Shown here: positions 16,130-31,120 of the stretch, piece after piece
Layout: the number at the start of each line of letters is the position of its first letter
Position numbering within the stretch: the first letter of the stretch is position 1
DNA from: the human T2T-CHM13v2.0 reference genome, Homo sapiens
Length of the DNA: 64,000 nt
Reading direction: 5' to 3' (one strand)
NCBI RefSeq assembly: GCF_009914755.1
Contig: NC_060935.1
Made by a program: the position numbers and the translations under genes
The notes under the pieces: generated by a model
Databases searched by the model: none
What the model was told of the DNA's origin: nothing
What the model saw: the letters and a program-made list of their open reading frames with translations, nothing else

Positions 16130-17425
16130 AGTGACAGTCCAGAGGTATGGGCTCACCAGAAAACTAAGACCAAATCACAGAACTACAGAACGCTTCTCTT
16201 CCCTGACACTTTACCACAATACATTAGTAAAGGCCTACTTACAGCAGCTCCTTTTGGTTGTTGTTGTTGCTGTTGTTTAAGTAGAGACAGGGTCTCACTA
16301 TGTTGCCCAGGCAGGTTTCTAATTCCTGGGCTCAAGCCATCCACCTGCTCTGGACTCCCAAAGTGCTGCGATTACAGGCATTATGAGCCACCACACCAGG
16401 CCTTATAGCAGTTCCTTTTACATAGTATATCACATTTGGCTATCAAGATAAAATTATGAGGCATACTAAAAGGCCAAAAACATAGACTGAAGAGACAGCA
16501 AGTATCAGAAACAGACTTAGATATGGAGGTATGTTGAAATTATCAGACCAGGAATTTAAAACAGCTGTGATTAATATGCTAGGGGCTCCACTGGATAAAG
16601 TAGACAGCACACAAGAATAGACGGACAATATAAGTAGAAAGATGGAAATTCCTAGAAAGAACCAAAAAGTAATGCTAGAGATCAAAAACACAGTTAACAG
16701 AAATAAAGAATGCCTTTGATGGGCTTAGTGGTAGACCGGTCATGGCTGAGGAAAGAATCTCTGAGAGCCAAGAAACAGATCTGCATAGATACAGTAAACT
16801 GATCTTTGACAAAGGAGCAAAGGCAGTAGGATGGAAGCAAAATAGTCTTTTCAACAAATGATGCTGGCCCAACTGGACATCCAAATGCAAAAGCAGAACC
16901 TGGACAGAGACTTTACACACTTCACAAAAAATATGTCAAAACGGACCAGATACCTTAGTGTAAATGCAAAACTATAAAACTCCTAGAAGGTTACACAGGG
17001 GAAAATACAGACAACCTTGGGCTTGGCAATAACTTTTTGGACACACTATCAAAAGCATGATCCATGAAAGAAATAACTGATAAGTGAGGCTTCACAAAAA
17101 TCAAAATTTTCTGTTCTGTGAAAGATACCATCAAGAGAATGAAAAAATAAGCCACAGATTAAGAGAAAGTATTGGCAAAATATAAATCTGTACAACACCA
17201 AGAATGAACCCTAATGTAAAATGCGCACTTTGGGTCACAATGATGTGTTAATGTAGGTTCACCAACTGTAACAAATATACCACTATGTTACAGGGTGTTT
17301 ATAGTGGGGGGGGCTATAGATGTGCGGGGGGCAGGTGGTATACAGAAAATCTCTGTAACTTTTGCTCACTGTTGCTGTGAACTAAAAACTGTTTTAAAAA
17401 ATAAAGTCTATTAAAAAGAAAAAGA
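16130..17425 (+). mobile_element. Internally deleted L1MC/MD-type element (Alu monomer at 16252-16403 on minus)
   Basis: ORF1-like sequence jumps to the ORF2 3' part near 16765 and to 3'UTR near 17190; A-rich end. Confidence 0.7.
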
Positions 17426-17564
17426 ATATAAGGCTTCAAAAATTAAAAGACAAGTGGAGAAGGATGAACTTGTGAAGATGGAGATGAAATGGCCAGAGAG
17501 ACAGAAGGATATGCTAGAAATGTTTCATTATGGAAGCCAAGGAAAGAGAGTACTTGAAAAAGAA

Positions 17565-17867
<303 letters not shown>

Positions 17868-17920
17868 CTAGCTGATAAACTGCTTCCTCTAACTTTAAAA
17901 CAAGGAAAAGATGGACTTAC

Positions 17921-18032
17921 CCATGAAGAGATAACATTAATAATTTGTACAGTTTACATAGTTTCAAAGTTGCTACTGTAATTTTTTTTGCTTTTCTTTC
18001 AGAAAAAAAATTAAAGACCAGACTTAAGGTTC
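17921..18032 (-). pseudogene. Candidate pseudo-exon (112 nt): [36 protein letters not shown]
   Basis: Strong acceptor tttccttttttctcacag, consensus donor TGG|gtaagt; only the phase-1 frame is open. Confidence 0.65.
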
Positions 18033-18177
18033 CTGTGAGAAAAAAGGAAACTGAATTATAAATCTGTCATATTTAGAAAGGTTAGTAGGTTGACCAAATA
18101 AATAAAATGTATAAAAAACCATTCTGTACATTAGAAAAAGCTTCATATATATAAAAAATGTCATAAGAAACCAAATA

Positions 18178-18504
<327 letters not shown>

Positions 18505-18979
18505 TTAAATCTATGAGCTATCATAATGTTGCCTTTATAATACTAGCAAAGATAAACTAATCAAATACTTATATAATCAACTATCACAAATAACTAGGGA
18601 TAATTTTCTTTATGACTTATATCATAAAAAGATGATAATAGAAGATCAGAGAAAAGCTTAGCTAGCTCTCAGTTTCAAGAAAAATGTCCTGAAATGTTAT
18701 TGTCAATGGTCAAAATCAAACACTGGCAGAAAAATTTTAAATTTTAAGAATGTAATTGTTCCTGCTGAGCATTATTAATGAAAATGTTTTTGAAATTCAA
18801 AATCCAGTTGCACACAATGAATGAAATATATTTATATCTATATTTCACATATTTCCCTGTGCTTCAATACATTTTTTTCACACTCGGTGAAATGTGAAGT
18901 GTTACAGGTGGTCAGGACAGTAACATGAAAGCGGCCTTGGAAATACTAAGAAACAATGTGCAAGTCCTGAACTTACATC

Positions 18980-19280
18980 TTTTTCTTTCTTTTCCTTTTT
19001 TTTTTTTTTTTTGAGACAGGGTCTTGCTCTGTTGCCCAGGCTGGAGTGCAGTGGTGCAGTCATGGCTCACTGCAACCTTGAACTACTGGGCTCAAGTGAT
19101 CCTCCTGCTCAGCCTCCTGAGTAGCTGAGATTACACACATCTGGCTAATTTTTAAATTTTTTGTAGGGATGGGGTCTCACTACGTTGTTTAGGCTGGTCT
19201 TGAAATTCTGGCCTCAAGTGATCCTCTTGCCTCAGCCTCCCAAGTGCTAAGAGTACAGGAGCAAATTACCATGCCTGACC
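18980..19280 (-). mobile_element. AluJ
   Basis: TSD cctgaactt. Confidence 0.92.
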
Positions 19281-19475
19281 CTGAACTTGTTTCTTAATGA
19301 CAACATAAAATTGGATACTAGTCAGAAGATCAACAGCCTCTTGTTTGGCTTGGGCCTTCTGTAACCCCCACCCTTATCAACCAAATGGATTATACTTAGA
19401 CATTTAATTTAACCTCTGTACCATTTAAGATTACACATGTGTTCTTTTTTTTATTTTCATTTAAAAAAAACTCAC

Positions 19476-19500
19476 AAACTTCCATTTCAATATGAAAGAT
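19476..19500 (-). pseudogene. Candidate micro-exon (25 nt): IFHIEMEV
   Basis: Acceptor ttcttttcacttacatgtatttcctag, donor |gtgagt; phase 0 to 1 bridges the flanking exons. Confidence 0.5.
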
Positions 19501-19722
19501 CTAGGAAATACATGTAAGTGAAAAGAAAGCAAAATATCTTGTGATAAATCCTGCCATCTTTGAATATCAATGTAACACTTTGGTGTCAATACTTCATTTT
19601 CTTCCTAATTGCAGATCATATATTTATTTATATAATTTATCTTTTATAAAGTCACTTTATTCTTGAACTGATTTCCTTCCTTGGCCTCTGTGACCTTCTT
19701 TTGTCTCAGGTCCCATTACAAG

Positions 19723-20027
19723 TTTTTTTGTTTTTGTTTTTGTTTTGAGACAGAATCTCCCTCTGTCACCCAGGCTGAAGTGCAGTGACACGGTCTTGGC
19801 TCCCTGCAACCTCCGCCTCCCGAGTTCAAGCAATTCTCCTGCCTCAGCCTCCCTAGTAGCTGGGATTACAGGCACACACCACCAGGCCCAGCTAATTTTT
19901 ATATTTTTACCAGAGATGGGGTTTCACCATGTTGCCCAGGCTGGTCTTGAACTCCTGAGCTCAAGTGATCCACCCGCCTCGGCCTCCCAAAGTGCTGGGA
20001 TTACAGGCATGAGCCACTGCGCCCAGC
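19723..20027 (-). mobile_element. AluS
   Basis: TSD acaagttttt. Confidence 0.94.
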
Positions 20028-20744
20028 CACAAGTTTTTATTATTCTATCTTCCCTTCTTAATATTAGTATTCCTCACTTTTTTTTTTCATCTTCAGATCT
20101 CTTCTTATGGTACGTGCCTTCCTGAGGTTAGCGCGACCATTTTTGTAATATAAAGCACCACTGGAATCTGTATCGCCAGCCTAGACCACCCTCCTCAGCT
20201 CCATCTGACCGGACACCTCCAATTTGATGTCTTTAAAAACCCCAAACTTGATATATCCTGAACTCAATTATCTGTACCCAGGCCTCCGACACTCACCCTT
20301 AAGCATGATCCTCTTCCACACTATTTTGGTAAACAGGACCAGCATTTATTCAGTCGCCTAGCCAAAAACCTTTCCATCACATCATACCCTACGATTCCAT
20401 CACATATGAACTTGATGCCTGCAAAGTGACCTTCTTTCTATCTATCCACCCAACAATATGTTTAGTTGAAATAGGCGCATCTAGGGACCACGAATTAAGC
20501 AGTTATATGATCATTGCCCTCTTGAAGCTTAATCAAGTACTGTTATTTCTATCTTCGCCACATTTGTCATCGGCTCCCTCTTACTAACTTACTACCTTTG
20601 GACTCTCACCATGGCTATAACCTTTACTCCTATCCATTTTTGAGCCTTTGGGGGAGCTCTGTAGTACAAATCAGATTGCTTCTCTGTTTTCCCCCCCATC
20701 CTCCTATTTTTAGCTTTCCCATGTCTACTAAGTCTACTTGTCCA

Positions 20745-21067
20745 TTTTCTTTTTATTTCTTTTTTTTGAGACAGGGTCTCACTTTATGATCCAGGCTGGA
20801 GTGCAGTGGCACAATCATGGCTCACTGCAGCCTTGAACCTCCCAGGCTGAAGCCATCCTCCCACCTCAGCTTCCTGAGTAGCTGGAACTACAGGTGCACG
20901 CCACCATGCCTGGCTAATTTTTGTATTTTTGTATTTTATTTATTTTTTTGCAGAGACAAGGTTTTGCCATGTTGCACAGACTGGTCTCAATTCCTGGGCT
21001 CATATGATCCACACATCTTGGCCTTCCAAAGTGCTGAGATTACATTTATGAGCCACTACGCCTGGCC
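20745..21067 (-). mobile_element. AluJ
   Basis: Reverse dimer. Confidence 0.92.
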
Positions 21068-21102
21068 CCTTTGCCTTCTGTCTTCTAAAATGTTGTAGCT
21101 AA

Positions 21103-21437
<335 letters not shown>

Positions 21438-21649
21438 TTTTTTTATTTTTTAATCCTCTACTATCCAACTTTTAGGAAAAGAGCAGAAGTAAATGTATGG
21501 AGGTAAATTACCAGGATCCCAGAATTAGGTCATTCTTCAGTTCGTAATTCCTAGACATTTCTTTATACCACTATTGTTAGAATATTTTAATCTCTTTTCC
21601 CTCACATTCTCTAGCTGATTTTCCATCAAGATTTGAAATAGCCTCTCCT

Positions 21650-22428
21650 TTCTTCTTCTTCTTCTTCTTTTTTTTTTTTGAGATAGAGTTTTGCTCTTGT
21701 TGCCCAGGCTGGAGTGCAATGGCACCATCTTGGCTTGTAGTAGGACGAGCCACAGACAAAACTCCTCAGACTCCGAGTTAAAGAAGGAAGGGGTTTATTC
21801 GGCTGGGGGCATCGGCAAGACTCCTGTCTCAAAAGCCGAGCTCCCCGAGTGAGCAATTTCTGTCCCTTTTAAGGGCTCACAACTCTAAGGGGGTGTGCGT
21901 GAGAGGGTCGTGATCGATTGAGCAAGCAGGGGGTACGTGACTGGGGGCTGCATGCACCGGTAATTAGGTCGTAACAAAACAGGATAGGGATTTTCACAGT
22001 GCTTTTCTATACAATGTCTGGAATCTATAGATAACATAACCAATTAGGTCAGGGGTCCATCTTTAACTACCAGGTCCAGGGTGTGGCCCCGGGCTGTCTG
22101 CTTGTGGATTTCATTTCTGCCTTTTAGTTTTTACTTTTTCTTTCTTTGGAGGCAGAAATTGGGCATAAGACAATATGAGGGGTGGTCTCCTCCCTTAGGC
22201 TCACTACAACCTCCACCTCCCAGGTTCAAGTAATTCTCCTGCCTCAGCCTCTCAAGAAGCTGAGATTACAGGCATGTGCCACCATGCCCGGCTAATTTTG
22301 TATTTTTAGTAGAGACAGGGGTTTCTCCATGTTGGTCAGGCTGGTCTGGAACTCCTGACCTCAGGTGATCCGCCTGCCTGGGCCTCCTAAAGTGCTGGGA
22401 TTACAGGTGTGAGCCACCATGCCCGGCC
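21650..22428 (-). mobile_element. AluSp/Sq split by LTR2
   Basis: Alu sequence resumes exactly after the LTR. Confidence 0.92.
21736..22197 (-). mobile_element. Solo LTR2 (HERV-E)
   Basis: Minus strand TAAGGGAGGAGACCACCCCTCATATTGTCTTATGCCC...CTACA, AATAAA retained, perfect TSD ggct. Confidence 0.92.
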
Positions 22429-22474
22429 TCTTCTTTTTTAAAAAAAACTTACTTATTTCTTATCTTATATATAC

Positions 22475-22565
22475 CTCTAGTCCAAAGAAATAGAAATAAG
22501 ACTCAGTAAGTTGCCAGGTATACTGGGAGAGTACAGCAACTACATATAACTCATAAGGCTCAAAA
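22475..22565 (-). pseudogene. Candidate pseudo-exon (91 nt): FEPYELYVVAVLSQYTWQLTESYFYFFGLE
   Basis: Acceptor tatttgcag, donor GAG|gtatat, open frame phase 2 to 0. Confidence 0.65.
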
Positions 22566-22575
22566 CTGCAAATAC

Positions 22576-22579
22576 TATA

Positions 22580-22615
<36 letters not shown>

Positions 22616-22650
22616 CACACACATATATGTATATCATATATGTATATTTA
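22576..22650. repeat. (TG)n(TA)n(CA)n microsatellite
   Basis: Direct reading. Confidence 0.95.
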
Positions 22651-22860
22651 TTTACTTATTTTTGGCATGGAAAAACAGGCAGAATTGGGAAGGGGGAAGA
22701 ATTTACTCTAAGTTGTATAACTGAGCTTTGGCAGGGAGATAGGGAGGCAAGAGTCAGGCCAAGTTCCTGATACAGAGAAGCTACCAGCTTTGTGTGTAGT
22801 TTATGAGACCTGATCTAGATATTCTAGGCACCAGTGCAAGAAGTATATACTATTAATTAC

Positions 22861-23050
22861 CACACATATGGATTAGCATATGCCTACATAAAACCTAGTC
22901 TGTCTTTCAGAACATATACTTAAAGGAATTTTATAATTAGGTTGCAGATCATTAGACTCTCTGCTTATTGAGTTATAAAGTATCTTCTTTCACATGTGAG
23001 AAGAGACATTAATCTAAAATTTCTTTATGATTTTATCTAAGATTTCAGTG
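22861..23050 (-). pseudogene. Candidate pseudo-exon (190 nt) ending ...NLIIKFL*VYVLKDRLGFM*AYANPYV
   Basis: Acceptor ctactttttccacacag, donor TG|gtaatt; phase-2 exit joins the FEPYELYVV exon; several stops or a frameshift. Confidence 0.55.
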
Positions 23051-23295
23051 CTGTGTGGAAAAAGTAGCCCTTCAAAGTACTGGTTTTAAAATACTAGCTG
23101 CAGAAGGAGGCCAATTTCCCGAAACAAAAGTGAGTGGATATTAAATTGCAATGTGGACACCATGCCCTGTACCGTTATTTCAGAATGTCCAGGCACGAGG
23201 ACAGTGATACCCTAGTCAGGGAAGCATGACATGGAGAGAGACCACGTCTTTCTAATGCCCTGGTGTTCTGTCAGGGTTCCACAACCTACCCTTAA

Positions 23296-23902
<607 letters not shown>

Positions 23903-23970
23903 CCTTATAGTGTACTAAAATTATCCTTTCTGATATGGCCTTGAAACATTCTAAAAAACTAGAATTATAC

Positions 23971-24067
23971 CTGATTTTGGATACAAGCAATGTGTGAAAT
24001 TCTTTGCATGATTAAAATTACTCTATTTGCTTAAAGTAAATTGTCGCCACATTTTTAAGATTAAAAT
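23971..24067 (-). pseudogene. Weak candidate pseudo-exon (97 nt)
   Basis: Donor CAG|gtataa, modest acceptor; frame ambiguous, 1-2 stops. Confidence 0.35.
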
Positions 24068-24358
24068 CTAAGTGTTTTAAGGAAATATGCTTGTGTTACT
24101 TACTTCATACTTATGTCTTTATTTCTTCACCAGTAAGTATGAGCCCAGTGCATACAAAGTAAAAACTTGCATACAGTCTCTTACAATTGGAGTTATTCTG
24201 TCTTCAAAGGGCTTACAAGCTATTGCAACTAACAGATAAGCAGGCTTACCTATAGCTAATATAAATCCATGTGTTTAACTTGCCACAACAGAAGAAAAAG
24301 ATGTTATGGGATTATAGAAGAGGGAGTGATTCCAATAGCAATCAGAAAAGCCTTCACG

Positions 24359-24680
24359 GGCTGGGCATGGTAGTTCATGTCTGTAATCCTAGTACTTTAG
24401 GAGGCCAAGGTGGGAGGACTGCTTGAGCCCAGGCGTTTTAAGACCAGCCTGGGCAACATAGTGGGACTCCGATTGTACAAAAAACTTAAAAATTAACTGG
24501 CATGGTGGTGCGCACCTGCAGTCCTAGCTACTCAGGAGGCTGAGGTGGGAGGACTGGTTGAGCCCAGGAGATGGAGGCTGCATGCAGTGAGCCACGATCA
24601 TGACACGGTACTCCAGCCTGGGAAACAGAGCAAGACTCTGTCTCAAAAAAAGAAAAAGGAAAAAAAGAAAAAAGAAAAAA
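24359..24680 (+). mobile_element. AluJ
   Basis: Dimer within an L2 fragment. Confidence 0.92.
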
Positions 24681-25091
24681 ATCAGCATCCACGAGTGAGG
24701 CATATTTTAGCTGGACTGGAAGATGAATAGTCTATTTGGACTCATTTTTCTTTCACATTTTCCTCTAATTTTTTTCTCTTATATGCCAGTACTTAATGGC
24801 TGTTATTTTGCACATAGTTTAAACTATGACTATAATTTAAATAAGACTTTTACACATATCTGCAATAAAAATGGGGTCTACTGCTTTTCATTTTTAAGCA
24901 TTATGTTTTGCCTAAATAGAAGTTTACAAAATTAAACTAGTTTATCATTATTTATGTGAATTCAAAACTTTTTTTTATTTCACACAAATTTAAAGAAATG
25001 TTATTATGGTTATAGACCAAACACCATTATCATTTAAAGACCATCTGTAGTGTACTGAAAAAAGCACAGGACCTGCTTTGAAACATACCCT

Positions 25092-25693
25092 TGTAACTGA
25101 GCACCCCCATTTTTCTGAGACAGAGAGAATGAGCTCGTTTTTTTCTCTTTTCTCTATTTCCCCCTCTTTCCACTTCTTACTTAGCCCTTTAGAAATGCAA
25201 TTATAACCTTTTACCTCCCTGTTACCAGATACTCCCTACAGAGCAAGTTCATTTAACTATGTGCTTAGAAGCTCCAGAGTGGAACTTGCACCCACCAGGA
25301 GGTTGCCTCGAGAGACAACAGTCAATCTACAACCCAAAGTATGCCCACTAGGAAACTTTCTCCTACCTGGAGAGTTTCAGCTACCTTTATAACCTAGTTC
25401 TGCCTACAAAGGCACAGTGCTCGCCAGCTTGAATGCTGGGCAGACAGAGTACTGAAGCAAGTCATGTGGATCCCCTCCTCTTTCTTCCTCCCTCGCATGC
25501 CATTCCTGCCAAACTCCCTTTTAAAAGCACTCACTTCCTGCTCCAAAAGTGAAGCGGTACCCTTAAGGCAGGAAGCCTGTACTTCTTCCCCAAACTAGCT
25601 TTGGAATAAAAAATCATTTTCTTTATACTAGATCTCTCCCTTGTTAATTGGACTCTGCAAGTGACGAGCAACTAAACCTGCATTTTGGTTACA
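25092..25693 (+). mobile_element. Solo ERV1 LTR (MER4 group; LTR29/MER72-like, subfamily uncertain)
   Basis: TGTAAC...GTTACA termini, AATAAA near 25606, TSD ccct. Confidence 0.8.
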
Positions 25694-26524
25694 CCCTAGT
25701 TAAAAACAACAACAACAACAACAACAACAAAACAGACAAGGCGTGCTGAGTTCTACAATGGAGAGACTAAGCAATTTAAATCCAGTGGCAGAATTTTTGG
25801 CTACAGTGAGACAAACTTTAGGGACAAATGATACTCTACAAAAATGTGGTTAGAATGGTTTCAGTCTAAATGTAATTCTTAGAAACATCACGGCCACTGT
25901 TTACTACATTTGTGAAATTTTGAATCTGTCAAGAGTTGTTTGAGTAAGCAACCTTAAAGAATGAAAAGCTATTTACAATGGGACATATTTTCTTGACTCT
26001 AAAACAAAAAATGGTTGTAGATCTTCACCATTTTCTAGGCAGGCTCCTCCTGGCACATGGAGATCATGCTGTGAATTGCAGGAGGAAGGGTTTAGCAGTA
26101 AACTTTGGAATGTAACCCCTTATTGGCAAAGTATCTGTACCTAATTGATTTTCTTTACCCTTTTAAAAAAAGAATCTCTAGTTCCCGGCCCCAAATGGCC
26201 ACCTAAACTTCAATCAAATATTGCAATAAAATCCAAACTAAGAGGATTTCACTGAAGTATAAAGTGTGAGGCAGAAAATTAGAGACCAGATTTATTAGCT
26301 TGGGTTGAATTTCATGCTAGTTCCATTAATTAAAAAGCAATTTTTGCTAAATCTCTGTAAGGGCTTTGATGCTCTCAACTGTTCTCACTTACATCCACCA
26401 CTACTTCAGGGGCTTCTATCATCAGGATCAAAGGAAAATGAGTGGTGGAAAAGGAAAGCAAGACTAGTGTCTTAAGCTAGAGTTTGAGCATGGGATTCTA
26501 GAGCAATGATGTCTGACTGAAATA

Positions 26525-27527
<1,003 letters not shown>

Positions 27528-27529
27528 TA

Positions 27530-28100
<571 letters not shown>

Positions 28101-31100
28101 CATAAAGATTTTGGACTACATTAGACTACAATACCCTTAAAATATAGGTCTTATAGTCCTAAAGTTATAGAAAGTGTGATTTTCTATCTCTTTTCTTCCC
28201 ACAATTGCCCTTTCCTTAGGCTTTTGGCTGCTATTTTTAGAATACTGTTTAGAAAATTATGGCAGGGGACATCAAATCAGGGTACTGAACTTGTTATAGG
28301 GCAACTGAAAAATGTCAGTCTCCCCAGGCTAAAAAATAAGGTTTGGAACCAACGTGATAACGTTTTCCATGAAATTAGTTATAGATAAAAGAGAGAACAG
28401 TTTGAACTTCAAAGGGTATCAAAGTCAGACAGCCTCAAAGACTGATATGTGGATCTTTCCCCTTTGATTTTGTTATGAAACTGGGCTGTCTCCATTGCAG
28501 ACTATCTGTAATCTGGCTTAAGTTGTACTTATAAAAGTGTTTTAGTCTCCTTGTTTTTTTCCCTTTTCACATTGAACTTTGGTCATTTCTACACTGCATA
28601 AGTAGAAAAATATTTCGGGTAGACTGTATTTGATTTTCCTGTAGCTGTTAGAAACTTGCAAACCTTTTTGTCACTGGTGAGAATTCAAAATTGAAGTTTA
28701 GCCTTAAGAATAAAAAAAATTGTCTTTTTTTTTTTCCTTTTAACAAACTACCATTGGAAAGACTGAAAATCTTAAGTAGGGAAAAAGCAAAAGGATGGCC
28801 CCTACTTAAAATTTCATAATGCTATACCAATCAAAATTCTTATATTAGAACACACATTCTTTTCAAGTGCATAAGGAATAGCTGCCAATATAGACCATAT
28901 ACTGGACCATAAAACATCTCCCAATGAATTTAAAAGCATGTTATCTGAACATGATAGAAGTTAGAAAGCATTAAGAGAAAAACCTCTGAAAGATCCACGC
29001 AAAGAGTATAATATAAACTACATAACATAATTCTAAATAACCTAAGCGTTCAAAGAAGAAATCAAAAGGGAAATGAGAAAGTATTTAAAAATGAATAAAA
29101 ATGAAGACATATTATATAAAAATTTGTTGGCTGCTAATAAGGCGGTATTTAGTGAGAAATTTCTAGCACTAAATACCTGTGTTAGAAAAGAAGAAAGGTT
29201 TCAAATCAATCACATTAGCATCTACCTTAAGAAAATGGACAAAGAGCTAATTAAATATAAAGTAAGTAGAAGAAAGGAAATAAAATGTCGTGTAGAAATC
29301 AATAATAGACAACATAAAAACAACAGAGAGAAAATCAATGAAACCCGAAACTGGTTCTCTGAGAAATTTAATAAAATGTATAACTCTCTAGCTTGACTGA
29401 ACAGGATAAAAAGGGGAGACAACACATTTTTGCCATGAGGAATGAGAGAGATGACATTATTCTAGATTCTATAGATATTAAAAAGATAATAAAGAACTAG
29501 GATTAACATGTTATATCTATATATTGGACAATTTTGACAAAATGAACAAATTCCTTTTAAGATACCAATTGCTAAATACCTCTTACAAAATAAATAACCC
29601 AAATACATTACATCTACAAAATAATTGAACTTGAAGTTAAAAACCTTCTCATAAAGAAAGATCTAGGCCTGGATATCTTTATTTATGAATTCCACCAAAT
29701 ATTTAAGGAAGCAATAATACCAATTCTAGACAAACTCTACTGGAAAATTGAGCCGGAGTATGCACTTCCCAACTGATTTTATGAGGCCAGCAATACCCTG
29801 CTACCAAAACCAGACACAGAAATTAGCAAATCAAATCCGACAAGTTAAACCGGATGCAGTACTATGTGCCTATAGTTCCAGCTATTTGGGAGGCTGAAGC
29901 AAGAGGATCACTGGAGTCAGTCTGGGCAAGATAGCAAGTCCTCTGTCTCTAATAAAATAAAAAATTAAATAAAAAAATAAAAAATACATCATGATCAACT
30001 AGAATGGAAAGCTGGTTTCACATTAGCAAATCAACCAATGTAATTCACCCTGTTAAAAAACTGAAGAGAAAAACTATCTGATCACCTTAAAAGATACGGA
30101 AAAAAAATCTGACAAAATACCACATCAATTATTTGATTCCTCAGTATCCTAGGAATCAAAGGACACTTTCATAAACAGATAAGAGAGTATCTACAAAAAA
30201 ACCCTACAGCTAATGTCTGCACTTAAATCTATACTATTTTTCACAAAAGTGCAAAGCCAATTCAGTGAGTAAACAAATGATGCAACAACAACTCTATATC
30301 TGTTTGTAAAAGAAATGAACTTGGTCCCATACCTTATACCAAATTAAAAAGATAAACTAGAAACAGCTGAGATCTAAATATGAAACCTAAACATTTAGCA
30401 TTTTTAAAGAAAATGAGAGAAAATTTTTGTCACTTTGGGTTTAGAGAAGACTTCTTAGATATGATACCAAGTGCATATCTATTCATGAATAAAAAATTGA
30501 TAAACTGGACTTTATCAAAATAAAAAGCTTCTGATCTTTAAAAGACACTGTTCAGAGAATAAAAATATAAGACAATATCTGAAAATAACTGAAAATCATA
30601 TATTTGAGAAGGACTTGTATTCAGAATATAAAAATTTTTCCAAACTCGGTAATAAGAAAACAAACAACCCAATTTAAAAAGGGCAAAATATTTGAACATA
30701 CATCAACAAAGATATATAGATGGTAAATAAGTATAAATCAAGATGTCCAATATCATCAGTCATTAGGAAAGTGCAAATTAAAACCACATGAGATACAACC
30801 ACACACCTATTAGGATGGCTTCAAATGGAAAGACTGACTACAGGAAGTGTTGGAGAGGATGTGGAAATACTGGAACTCTCATATACTCATGGTGGGAATG
30901 TAAAATGATAGAGCTGCTTGAAACACAGCTTGGACATTTCTTAAAAAGTTAAAAGTACACATACTATAGGGTCCAGCCAATACACTCCTGTTATTTTAAA
31001 CTAGATAAATGAATGCATTATGTCCATCAAAGACTTATGCATGAATGTTGAGAGCAGTTTTACTTGTACCAGGCCCCAGCTGGAAATGAATCAAATATTC

Positions 31101-31120
31101 ATTAACATGTGAATGGATAA

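Noticed and set aside
18003-18080. Plus-strand exon-like unit (ttttctttcag...AAG|gttagt)
   Set aside because: Stops in all three frames and no partner exons; it overlaps the stronger minus-strand exon. It illustrates the chance rate of splice-like motifs.
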